Assembly: GCA_963849325.1 (NCBI GenBank)
Contig: CAWKHF010000012.1
Span: 1,376,001 to 1,440,000, forward strand
Origin: an uncultured Planctomycetota bacterium
GTDB lineage: Bacteria; Planctomycetota; Planctomycetia; Gemmatales; Gemmataceae
Direction: 5' to 3'
DNA: 64,000 nt
Shown: piece by piece, positions 35,791-44,032 of the stretch
Layout of the letters: each line of letters starts with the position of its first letter
How positions within the stretch are numbered: the first letter of the stretch is position 1
The notes under the pieces: generated by a model
Databases searched by the model: none
Seen by the model: the letters and a program-made list of their open reading frames with translations, nothing else
Told to the model about the DNA's origin: nothing
Made by a program: the position numbers and the translations under genes

Positions 35791-37293
35791 ATGCACGAAT
35801 CGGTATATGGCGTGTTGGCGCCGGTGTCGCGCCGGCAGCAGGTGGGATTCGCCCTGCGTTTGATGGCCTACGGACTCCTCGCCGGCTCGCTGCTCGGCCT
35901 GGTCTTCGGGGTCATCAGCTGGATCCACGGCGGTCCCTTGTCGCTGGTGCGGACGGTATCCATCGTCGTTGCGGCCGGACCCGCGATCGCGCTTGTGACC
36001 GGCGCGATCGGTTTTCTCTGGCGCCGCAGTCTCCACGATGCCGCCGTCGCCGTGGATCGGCATTATCGGCTCAAGGATCGCTCGGCGACGGCGCTGGACT
36101 TTGCGGCCCGGCCGACGCCCAGCCCACTCCAGACGTTGCAGATCGCCGACGCCTTGCATCATCTGCAACTTGTCGATCCGCGACAGGTGGCGCCGCTGAA
36201 GCAGCCGCGCTCGTTGCCTTACGCCCTTGGCCTGTGGGTCTGTGCGGCGAGCCTGGCCGTGGCCCTGATTTTCTCTCCCTTCGGCCGTCCGAACGTGGAG
36301 GCCGGCCCCGTCCCGCCTCCGCCGCAGGTCGTCGCCGAGGCCGAGCGCCTTGGGCAATCGCTGCAAGACCTGGAGGAGATCGCTCGCCAAGAGGAGATCC
36401 AGGAACTGGCCACGCTGATCGAGCAGCAGCGCAAAAAGGTTGAGGAGATGAAGCAGTCGGGCATCGACAAGCGCGAGGCGTTGGCCAAGCTGTCGGAGAT
36501 GGAGGCGGCCATCCAGGCCCAGCAGGCCCAGTACAACACGGCCCTGGTGGACGGCCAGCTTCAATCGCTCGGCTCGGCCATGTGCGCTGCCGCCGCTCTC
36601 GAAGGAGCAGGTAAGGCGTTAGAGGAAAACAAACTCGATAAAGCTGCTCAAGAGATGGAAAAACTCGACGAACCGGAACTCGAACGCAAGGAGGTCAAGG
36701 TGGTCGAGCAAAAGCTGAAGCAGGTGGCCAAGGAAATGGGCGAGGCCGGGTTGGGACAGCTCAGCGGCGCCGTGGCCGACTTCGCCGAGAGCCTCAAGGG
36801 CGGTAAGGGCAAGGGCAAAAAGGCCACCCGGACGCTGGCCCGCGAGATCAAGAATCAGGCCCGACGCAAGCGCGTCGCCGAACTACTCAATGGCGTGCTG
36901 GATAATCTCAAGGAGGCCAAGTCCAACGTCCAGAACAACAGTCTCGTCAAGGGCAAGATGCCGTACAAATCGACCACTCCCACCTCGACCTTCGGGGCGG
37001 AGACGAGCGGCAACGTGCAGGGGGAGAAGACGAACCTGCTCGGCCAGAATAAGCAGGTGGACGTGACCGGCACGCCCGGCGAAGGTCCGTCGGACGTTGA
37101 GTCCACCACGTCGCCGGAAGCACGGCAGCAGGCGCGGCGCGGCTACAAGGATGTCTATAAAAAATATCGCAAAATGTCAGATGCCGTGCTCGACAGCGAG
37201 CCGATCCCGCTCGGCCATCGCCAGACCATTCGCCGTTACTTCGAACTGATCCGTCCGCAGAACGCCGACATGACCGACAAAAAGGGGAACTAG
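35791..37293 (+). CDS. Membrane-anchored coiled-coil protein of the MoxR/vWA operon
   Basis: Three N-terminal TMs, LKDRSATAL, long coiled coil, C-terminal EPIPLGHRQTIRRYF. Confidence 0.85.
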   Translation: MHESVYGVLAPVSRRQQVGFALRLMAYGLLAGSLLGLVFGVISWIHGGPLSLVRTVSIVVAAGPAIALVTGAIGFLWRRSLHDAAVAVDRHYRLKDRSATALDFAARPTPSPLQTLQIADALHHLQLVDPRQVAPLKQPRSLPYALGLWVCAASLAVALIFSPFGRPNVEAGPVPPPPQVVAEAERLGQSLQDLEEIARQEEIQELATLIEQQRKKVEEMKQSGIDKREALAKLSEMEAAIQAQQAQYNTALVDGQLQSLGSAMCAAAALEGAGKALEENKLDKAAQEMEKLDEPELERKEVKVVEQKLKQVAKEMGEAGLGQLSGAVADFAESLKGGKGKGKKATRTLAREIKNQARRKRVAELLNGVLDNLKEAKSNVQNNSLVKGKMPYKSTTPTSTFGAETSGNVQGEKTNLLGQNKQVDVTGTPGEGPSDVESTTSPEARQQARRGYKDVYKKYRKMSDAVLDSEPIPLGHRQTIRRYFELIRPQNADMTDKKGN

Positions 37294-37306
37294 TGGACAG
37301 AACCCC

Positions 37307-37383
37307 TCCGAGCCTGAAGCGTAAGCGAAGAGGAACGGCAACCTCCGGTTGCCGTTCCTCTTCGCTTACGCTTCAGGCTCGGA
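37307..37383. repeat. REP-like palindrome (family E) between convergent genes; may act as a terminator
   Basis: Perfect 37-bp arms TCCGAGCCTGAAGCGTAAGCGAAGAGGAACGGCAACC with a 3-nt loop. Confidence 0.85.
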
Positions 37384-37400
37384 CAAACACATTCTCCGCA

Positions 37401-38381
37401 TCACCCTTTCACTTCCAGCACCTGAACCTTGCCGTGGCCGGCCACGAAAAGGGTGTCGGCGTTGTCGCCGAGCGCGAAGTCGTGGACGTGCATCGCCGCC
37501 TTTTCCTGGCGGACGGCCTTCTTCGCCTTCAGGTCGAAGAAGATGAAGAAGCCATCGTTGGCGCCGCCGCCGCCGAGCAGCCAATCGCCCTTGGGGTGAA
37601 ACGCCAGGTGCTCGACGAGACCCTTGAACTTGTCGTCGGCGTATTCGTGCGTCCGCTCGCCCTTGTGCCAGTCGAACACCTCAATGCGGGCCTTGCCGTC
37701 CAGGTGATCGATGTTGCCGATCTTGCCGATGCCGCCGGCGGCGAGGTGCTTGCCGTCCGGCGAGAAAGCCAGCGAACGAATGCCGCCGATGGAATGTTTG
37801 CGCTGCACCGGGTCCCAGGTGTACATGCCCGGCGCTTCCAGCGCCGCCACCTGTTTGCCGGTGGCCGTCTCCCAGACGACGATGTGGCCGACCTTATCGG
37901 CGGTGGCGAGATAACGCCCATCCGGCGAGAAGGTGCAGACGAACAGCATCGACGGAAAGTGATTGGGTGTCCGTTCCGCGTGGCCGCGCAACTCGCGGAG
38001 GGGCTTGCCGCTGACCGCGTCCCACAGGCGGCACACCATGTCGTCGGCCACGCTGGCGACGGTCTTGCCGTCCGGTGAGACGACGACTTTACGGACCCAC
38101 TTTGTATGTGCTTCGACCGTGCGGATGGGTTTGCGGGCATCGATGTCCCACCACATGAGCCGGCCGTCGTAGCCGCCGGAAACGGCGGTCTTGCCGGCCA
38201 GCGCTAGGCCACTGACGTAGCTCTGGTGTTCGCCCAACGGCTTCGGCTCCGGCTTGGCCTGCGACAGATCGAGGTCGTATACCTTGAAGTCGGAGCTGCC
38301 GAACAGCAAGCGGTCGCTGCCGGGAACGCGGGCCAGCGCGAAAACAGTGCCGCGACTGGAGATGTCCTTGAGGATCTTCAT
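37401..38381 (-). CDS. WD40-repeat protein
   Basis: Repeated SPDG..WD/WE units. Confidence 0.88.
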   Translation of the reverse strand: MKILKDISSRGTVFALARVPGSDRLLFGSSDFKVYDLDLSQAKPEPKPLGEHQSYVSGLALAGKTAVSGGYDGRLMWWDIDARKPIRTVEAHTKWVRKVVVSPDGKTVASVADDMVCRLWDAVSGKPLRELRGHAERTPNHFPSMLFVCTFSPDGRYLATADKVGHIVVWETATGKQVAALEAPGMYTWDPVQRKHSIGGIRSLAFSPDGKHLAAGGIGKIGNIDHLDGKARIEVFDWHKGERTHEYADDKFKGLVEHLAFHPKGDWLLGGGGANDGFFIFFDLKAKKAVRQEKAAMHVHDFALGDNADTLFVAGHGKVQVLEVKG

Positions 38382-38410
38382 GGAAAACCTCACCAATCGT
38401 CCATTCGTTG

Positions 38411-39724
38411 TTACGCCAGCACGGCCTTGATGGGCTTGGTGCCCGGCTCGGTCAGCGGCACCGGCCGCGAGCCGACGTAGTAGTTCTTCTGATGGTTGAT
38501 GCCCAGCGCCCGGTAGATGGTGGCGAACAACTCAGCGGCGCCGACCTCGCCCTCGGTGACGCGCTGGCCCTGCTCGTCGGTCTTGCCGTAGACGCTGCCG
38601 CCCTGGACGCCGGCGCCGGACAGCGTCGCGCTCCAGGCCGTGGCGAAATGGTCTCGGCCCAGGCTCGGGTTAATGCTCGGCGTTCGGCCGAACTCCGCCA
38701 ACGTCAGGACCAACGTGTTCTCCAGCAGGCCGCGCTCCTGCAAGTCATCCAGGAGGGCCGCCATGACGTGATCCAGCTCCGGCACCAGTTCCTGGTGCGT
38801 CTCGAAGTTCTGACCGTGGCTGTCCCACCAAGCCCGGCCAACGCGGACAAACGGCACGCCCGCCTCAATGAGTCGGCGGGCGACCAGTGCCTGCTCGCCG
38901 AACAGTGTCGGGCCGTAGCGGTCGCGCACCTTCGCCGACTCCTGCGACACGTCGAACAGTTTCTCGCTGGCCATCAGGCCATGCACGCGCTGGTACGCCT
39001 CGCCGTGGCTGCCGAGGCTGTGCGACGAGCGGCCGCGCTCGAATTGCTTGCTCAACACGTCGCGCAGCTGGGCACGCTGCCGGTGATCGACGTCGCTGAT
39101 GCCTTCGAGGCGGCGGATGTTCTCGGGGATCATGCTCGTGTACAGTTCCATCGAGGCGTAGCGCGAGCCGAGGAAGCCGGCCGAGCCGGGGGCCATATTG
39201 CGGCCCTCGGTGGCGAAGTAGAACGAGACGTAATCGGGCACCTGGCTGTCGGCGCAGCCCAGTTCGCGGGCCAGCACGGCGCCGAGGTCGGGATATTTCA
39301 GGTTCGGTTCGTCGCGCCGACCGCGCATCATGAGCTGAGCGCCGCTGCCGTGGTCGCCGATGCGCGTGTTCAGCGAGCGGATGATGCAGGTGTGCTTCAT
39401 CCGCTTGGCCATCTGCGGCATCAGCTCCGAGATGTGGATGCCGGGCACCGAGGTCGGGATGGCGCGGAACGGCCCTCCGGTCGGCGCTCCGGGCTTGGGG
39501 TCCCACGTTTCCAGTTGACTCGCACCGCCCGCCAGCCAGAGAAGAATGCAGCGCTTCTGCTGCTTCTTCAACTCGCCGGCCAGGGCTGGATGTTGCAGGA
39601 CGTTCAGCTGCGTCATGTCCGCCGCGAAGGCGGCGGCGCCGGCGGCCATCGTGCCGAGGAAGGCGCGGCGATCAACGGCGTGCAGCGGCGAGCCACAGAA
39701 ATTCGAGCGTCGGTTGAGGGCCAT
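38411..39724 (-). CDS. DUF1501 protein with Tat-like RRAFL motif
   Basis: LWLAGGASQLETWDPKP, WDSH, EFGRTP, GRDH. Confidence 0.92.
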   Translation of the reverse strand: MALNRRSNFCGSPLHAVDRRAFLGTMAAGAAAFAADMTQLNVLQHPALAGELKKQQKRCILLWLAGGASQLETWDPKPGAPTGGPFRAIPTSVPGIHISELMPQMAKRMKHTCIIRSLNTRIGDHGSGAQLMMRGRRDEPNLKYPDLGAVLARELGCADSQVPDYVSFYFATEGRNMAPGSAGFLGSRYASMELYTSMIPENIRRLEGISDVDHRQRAQLRDVLSKQFERGRSSHSLGSHGEAYQRVHGLMASEKLFDVSQESAKVRDRYGPTLFGEQALVARRLIEAGVPFVRVGRAWWDSHGQNFETHQELVPELDHVMAALLDDLQERGLLENTLVLTLAEFGRTPSINPSLGRDHFATAWSATLSGAGVQGGSVYGKTDEQGQRVTEGEVGAAELFATIYRALGINHQKNYYVGSRPVPLTEPGTKPIKAVLA

Positions 39725-39767
39725 CGCGATTCCTCCGGGAGGGATGCCGCCGGCGGCGGACCCGATG

Positions 39768-41387
39768 TCAGTAGTTGAACCGAAATTCCGCGCTGGTCAA
39801 CAGCGCCCACACGATTTGTCGCTGCGCCTCGCTCAGCCGGTCGCCGCGCTGGCGGAGGTAATCGCCCAGCAGCTTGCGCTCGTCCGCGCGTGGCGGACGG
39901 CACAGGGTCGTGGACACGGCCAAGTCAATCGCCTCGTCTGGGTTTTGGAGTTGTTTCATCCGGCCGAGTAGGCGGTCGCCGCCGTCGGCCAGCAGCTCCT
40001 TCTGGATGCGATCATTGTTGCTGAACAGCAGCGCCTCGCCGACGCCGACCTGGAAATCGTCGCCGGGCTGCTCGAACAGAGGGGCGATTCCGCCGGCACT
40101 GGACTCCAGTCCTTGCAGCCGTTTGTCGAACTCCTCGGGCTTGAGCGTCGCCGGCAGGGTCCGCGGGTCGGTGACGGCCAGGCGCAGCGACGTGGCAAGC
40201 TGCGTCGGCGTCAGCGGCCGGACGCGGGCCACGGCGAACAGCGCCGGCCGAGGAGCATCGCCCTTGTCCCACCGGCTGTCGCGCGCATAGGCGCGGCTGA
40301 GCACGAGGCCGCGGATCAGACGCCGCGGGTCGTAGCCGTGTTCGATGGTGTCGCGGGCCAGCCAGTCGAGCAGCTCGGGATGGCTCGGCGGGTTCTCCGA
40401 GTGCATCTGATCGAGCGGCATGACCAGCCCGTAGCCGAACAGCCGGTGCCAGACGCGGTTAACGAGGGAGCGAGCAAAGAAATCGCGCTGGCCCGGCTCC
40501 AGCGACAGGCGGACGAGCTGAGCGCGGGCGCTGAACTTCGGCGGTGGCGGCGGCGGCGTATTCGCATCCGCACTGTTCTTGCGTTTCTTTTTCGGCTTCG
40601 GCTCGCCGCCGGGCGGTTCCTTCAAGGTATCCGTCTCGATCGCCTTGCCGGTCAGGAACATCATGCGGGCCTGACGCTCGACGCCCTTGGTCGTCTTGAA
40701 CTTGACGATGCCGAACTCGCGCTCGGCCAGGTGTCCGCCGCTCTCGTAGGTACGGCTGAGGAACGATTTCATTCCGAAGAAATGGTCCTGTTTCCAGTCG
40801 TTGACCAGGGGATGATCGTGACAGCGGGCGCAGCTCATGTTGACGCCGAAGAACAGCGAGCTGACCTCCGCCGTCATCTTGTCGAGATCGCGGACGCGCT
40901 GGCGAAGAAATTCGCCGGCCGATTTCCCCTTGGCGTCGTTCTCGTCGGGCAGCATCAGATCGCGGTAGATGCGGTCCCACGGCCGCTTCTCCGCCAGGGC
41001 GGTCAGCAGGTAGTCGCGCACGCTGCCCTTGGTCCCATTCATAAGCATGACGTCGAACGCCGTGGCCTGGTGCCGCACGAAGGCGGGCGAGTCCATCAAG
41101 CGCTCGACCAACTCGACGCGCTTGTCGGGCTTCATCGAGGCGACGAACATCCGCGTCTCGTCCACGGTGGGGATGCGGCCGGCAAGGTCGAGCGTCAGCC
41201 GGCGGATGAAGGTGGCGTCATCGGTTGGGCCGGCCGGCGCGATGCCTTCTTCCTGGAGGCGGACGTCGAGGTAATGATCGACAACTTGCTCGACGGGCTG
41301 TCCGGGCGGCAGCAGGTCGTCGGCCGCGACGGGAGACGCCATCGGAATCAGGGCGAGAAGCGGGAGAATCAGACGGAGGGTCCGCAT
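39768..41387 (-). CDS. DUF1549/DUF1553 (PSD1) protein
   Basis: RRLTLDLAGRIPT, CARCHDHP, NPPSHPELLD, EFRFNY. Confidence 0.92.
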   Translation of the reverse strand: MRTLRLILPLLALIPMASPVAADDLLPPGQPVEQVVDHYLDVRLQEEGIAPAGPTDDATFIRRLTLDLAGRIPTVDETRMFVASMKPDKRVELVERLMDSPAFVRHQATAFDVMLMNGTKGSVRDYLLTALAEKRPWDRIYRDLMLPDENDAKGKSAGEFLRQRVRDLDKMTAEVSSLFFGVNMSCARCHDHPLVNDWKQDHFFGMKSFLSRTYESGGHLAEREFGIVKFKTTKGVERQARMMFLTGKAIETDTLKEPPGGEPKPKKKRKNSADANTPPPPPPKFSARAQLVRLSLEPGQRDFFARSLVNRVWHRLFGYGLVMPLDQMHSENPPSHPELLDWLARDTIEHGYDPRRLIRGLVLSRAYARDSRWDKGDAPRPALFAVARVRPLTPTQLATSLRLAVTDPRTLPATLKPEEFDKRLQGLESSAGGIAPLFEQPGDDFQVGVGEALLFSNNDRIQKELLADGGDRLLGRMKQLQNPDEAIDLAVSTTLCRPPRADERKLLGDYLRQRGDRLSEAQRQIVWALLTSAEFRFNY

Positions 41388-41563
41388 CACGGGTTCCTTG
41401 CTTCTGGATCGTCGGTACTCAGGCCGGTCGCGCGGACGGCCGGCGTGAATCTCTCGGGGCGGGAGGGTGGTCCCTGGTAGGCCGAGAAGGCGGGTTCCCA
41501 AACTGTCCTTATTGTGCGGCGCGGGCGGCCGACTTGCAAGTGTCTTCTGGCCGATTGTCCGCG

Positions 41564-42094
41564 ATGAGTGCCCTGGCCGACATCGACGATGTTTGTGTCC
41601 GCCGCCGCGTCGAGGCCGACCTGTCGCCCTTGGAGCCGCTGGACAGCACGATCCGCCGACTGGAGAAAGACATCGAGGTCGCCGCCCGCCCGCATTACTC
41701 GACTGAGATGGCCGTGCTGCAATCGACGCCCGGCGTCGGCATCGTCATCGCCCTGACCATCCTCCTGGAGATCGACACCCTGGAACGCTTCGACACACGC
41801 CAGCAGTTTTGCTCCTATGCTCGGCTTTGCGGCGCACGCCAAGAGTCGGGCGGCAAGACGGTCGGCAGCGGCAACGCCAAGCAGGGCAATGCCTGGCTAA
41901 AATGGGCCTTCTCCGAGGCCGCCGTACTCAGCGCCCAGAAGAATGAGCGGATCGCCAAGTATCTCGACAAGCTGTCGGGTCGTCTGGGCAAAGCCAAAGC
42001 CTTGTCGGCCTTGGCCCACAAGCTCGGACGCGCCTTCTACCACATGCTCCACAAAAAAGAGGTATTTAATATCGACAAATTCCTGAGACACTGA
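41564..42094 (+). pseudogene. IS110/IS1111-family transposase, C-terminal part only (DEDD RuvC-like domain missing)
   Basis: LQSTPGVGIVIALTILLEI, RF...QQFCSYARL, QESGG, GNAWLKWAFSEAA, ALAHKLGR. Confidence 0.88.
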
Positions 42095-42720
42095 GCCACG
42101 GGGCGGCCGGCGAGCCGAAGCCGAACGGGAGCCGCTACGGGCCAACCCGCACGACGACCCTAACCAGCAAGGGAGCATCGACTCCGCCATTGGGGTCCGG
42201 GACCGCCCAGGCATCCTGCCGCCTTGATGGGACGCCGGCCGCCGCCGTAAATTTCGACCGCGGTGGTATCAAAAATAGGCCGCGATCCGCCGGTGGGTCG
42301 GGGGACAAAACGGGATCAGCGTAACGCTGTCCCCATGAAAAAGGGCTTGGCCAGTGACCATCCCACGTCCTGCCGACCCCCGCCGGATCGCGGCCACCAC
42401 GAACAAAGGAGCCTTCGCCCGGACGATCCGCCCCAGACGCCAGCCGAACCTAACGGGACACTCCCTTCGGGGAGTGAGCCAGTCGCTTTTTGAATGGCGG
42501 CGACGCTGGGAACGCATGAGTATCGGGACCGACCAGGGCTAGTTCCCTGGCACAGCCGCCTGGTCCTTCGGGTCTGGGCCGCCGGAGTCCGCATGACGGT
42601 TGGGTGCGGTTCGCCGCACCAGCCGTTGATAAGCAAGCCGGATCGCCGAGGAGGATTGCTCGCCGCCGCAGCTACACTCGTTCGGAAATCCGGCAAGAAA
42701 ACTGCCGTGGATAGCCGTTC
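42095..42720 (+). ncRNA. Putative bridge/seek RNA region
   Basis: Several long stems, TTCG-capped hairpins, two related internal-loop modules, and ATGACGGTT identical to the element end. Confidence 0.6.
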
Positions 42721-42818
42721 CCGTGGAAAATATTTTCTATTGACACCAAGAGCCTTATGACGGTTAGGGCGGCCGGGCAGGTGCCAGTCTATCCCATTCC
42801 GATTAGCGGAGATCGGGC

Positions 42819-42846
42819 TTGACGGCAACTAGCGGCCTGATATACT
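42819..42846 (+). promoter_or_regulatory. Sigma70-like promoter inside the cassette
   Basis: TTGACG-16nt-TATACT. Confidence 0.55.
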
Positions 42847-42901
42847 CAATTGACAGGAGTAATCATAATAAAAGAGCAACCACGATTTTGAGGATTTAGC
42901 C

Positions 42902-43510
42902 ATGAGTCAAGCGAATCTGAATCGCCTCCGGGATGATCTTGAGATAATGAAGCAAGCGGCCGGTGTGGACCTGCCGTTCGGACGCGAAGATGTCCGTGCC
43001 TCTCTCTGGTGCGCGCTCTGCGGCGTATTGGTTTCTACCTGGGCCTTGCTGGGGCCTTGGGAGTACCGGTGGATAGTGGCTATTCCCCTGACGCTCGCCG
43101 TCCTCGGCGGGGTCCAGGCATACCGACGAGCACACCGCGAGCGCGGAGGGGAGCCAGTCCGCTGGCGCGAGCATCGGCTTTCGGGAACTGCTGCACTGGT
43201 CGCAGTGCCGCTCGCGATTGCCTACATGCAATGGGAGCGACAAGTCGGCGTGCCGCGGCAGTTTGTCGGGGTGGCCTCGGTGTTCTTTGTGGGCGTGGGC
43301 CTCCTCATCTTCGCGGTACTGGATCGGCGTCGGCGTCCCTATGCGGGAGGAGCAATCCCCTTAATGGCATTTGCCGTCGCTATCCCGCTCTGCTCCCCGA
43401 CTCAAGTGGTGTTCGCGGCCGGGCTATGCTGGACGGTTGGTGGAAGTGCAACCGCGGGGCTACAGTCTTGGCAACTACGCAGAGGCTCAAACAATCATGA
43501 CGCCAATTGA
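42902..43510 (+). CDS. Hypothetical multi-TM membrane protein
   Basis: About six hydrophobic segments; GAGG RBS; overlaps the downstream regulator. Confidence 0.75.
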   Translation: MSQANLNRLRDDLEIMKQAAGVDLPFGREDVRASLWCALCGVLVSTWALLGPWEYRWIVAIPLTLAVLGGVQAYRRAHRERGGEPVRWREHRLSGTAALVAVPLAIAYMQWERQVGVPRQFVGVASVFFVGVGLLIFAVLDRRRRPYAGGAIPLMAFAVAIPLCSPTQVVFAAGLCWTVGGSATAGLQSWQLRRGSNNHDAN

Positions 43511-43808
43511 TTTCAACGGCTTGGACACGGCCGTTCACGGACCGGTTCGGTTGGGCATCCTAACCGCCTTGCACTTGGACGGTTCCCTCGACTTCACGAC
43601 GCTTAAGAAACGACTCAACGTCGCGGACGGGGCATTGGGATTGCATTTGGCCAAACTTGAGGAGATCGGTTACGTCATCTGTAGCAAGGCTTTCGTCGGG
43701 CGCCGTCCGCGGAGCACATATCGCCTTACCCCGCGTGGACGAAAGGCCTTCGCGGCTTACCTAGACGCCATGCAGCGACTGATTGACGCGGTGAATCGAC
43801 AGCCCTAA
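43497..43808 (+). CDS. Small winged-helix transcriptional regulator (HTH_34/MarR-like)
   Basis: LDTAVHGPVRLGIL, DGALGLHLAKLEEIGY, K.FVGRRPRSTYRLTPRGR.AF..Y. Confidence 0.9.
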   Translation: MTPIDFNGLDTAVHGPVRLGILTALHLDGSLDFTTLKKRLNVADGALGLHLAKLEEIGYVICSKAFVGRRPRSTYRLTPRGRKAFAAYLDAMQRLIDAVNRQP

Positions 43809-43996
43809 CAACTGATTAGATCGCGCACGTGCGCGATCTAGCACGGCCGCTGCGCGACCTAACACGGGCCTGCGCGATCTAGCACGGCTGTTGCGCGACC
43901 TAGCACGGGCCTGCGCGATCTAGCAAGAGGCTGCGCAATCTAGCAAGAGGCTGCGCGACCTAGCAACGCTCTCCTTATCTATCAGCAATGTTGCGC
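43802..43996. other. attC-like recombination site, unusually long
   Basis: R'' GCCCTAAC, then CTGATTAGAT pairing with ATCTATCAG with one extrahelical base, then R'-like GTTGCGC. Confidence 0.5.
43817..43966. repeat. 24-bp perfect palindrome followed by seven tandem 20-21-bp units
   Basis: TAGATCGCGCACGTGCGCGATCTA; units TGCGC(G/A)A(T/C)CTA(G/A)CA+6-7 nt at 43830, 43851, 43871, 43892, 43912, 43932, 43952. Confidence 0.9.
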
Positions 43997-44032
43997 AACA
44001 GTCAAGAAAAAAACTCCCCTTTGAGACTTTTC

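Larger units (their letters stand above)
41564..42764 (+). mobile_element. 5'-truncated IS110-family (IS1111-type) element; left boundary uncertain
   Basis: Transposase remnant, long downstream non-coding region, outward-facing TTGACA (42740-42745) just before the end ...CCTTATGACGGT. Confidence 0.75.
42763..43996 (+). mobile_element. Solitary integron-like gene cassette (no intI in window)
   Basis: Starts GTTAGGGC; the complementary GCCCTAAC overlaps the last stop codon; attC-like site follows. Confidence 0.6.

Noticed and set aside
41225-41563. N-terminal extension of the transposase ORF
   Set aside because: Overlaps the divergent PSD1 gene start and has no DEDD-domain motifs
43830-43966. 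Tandem repeat as a CRISPR array
   Set aside because: Period is only 20-21 bp with 6-7-nt, partly identical variable parts; no cas genes
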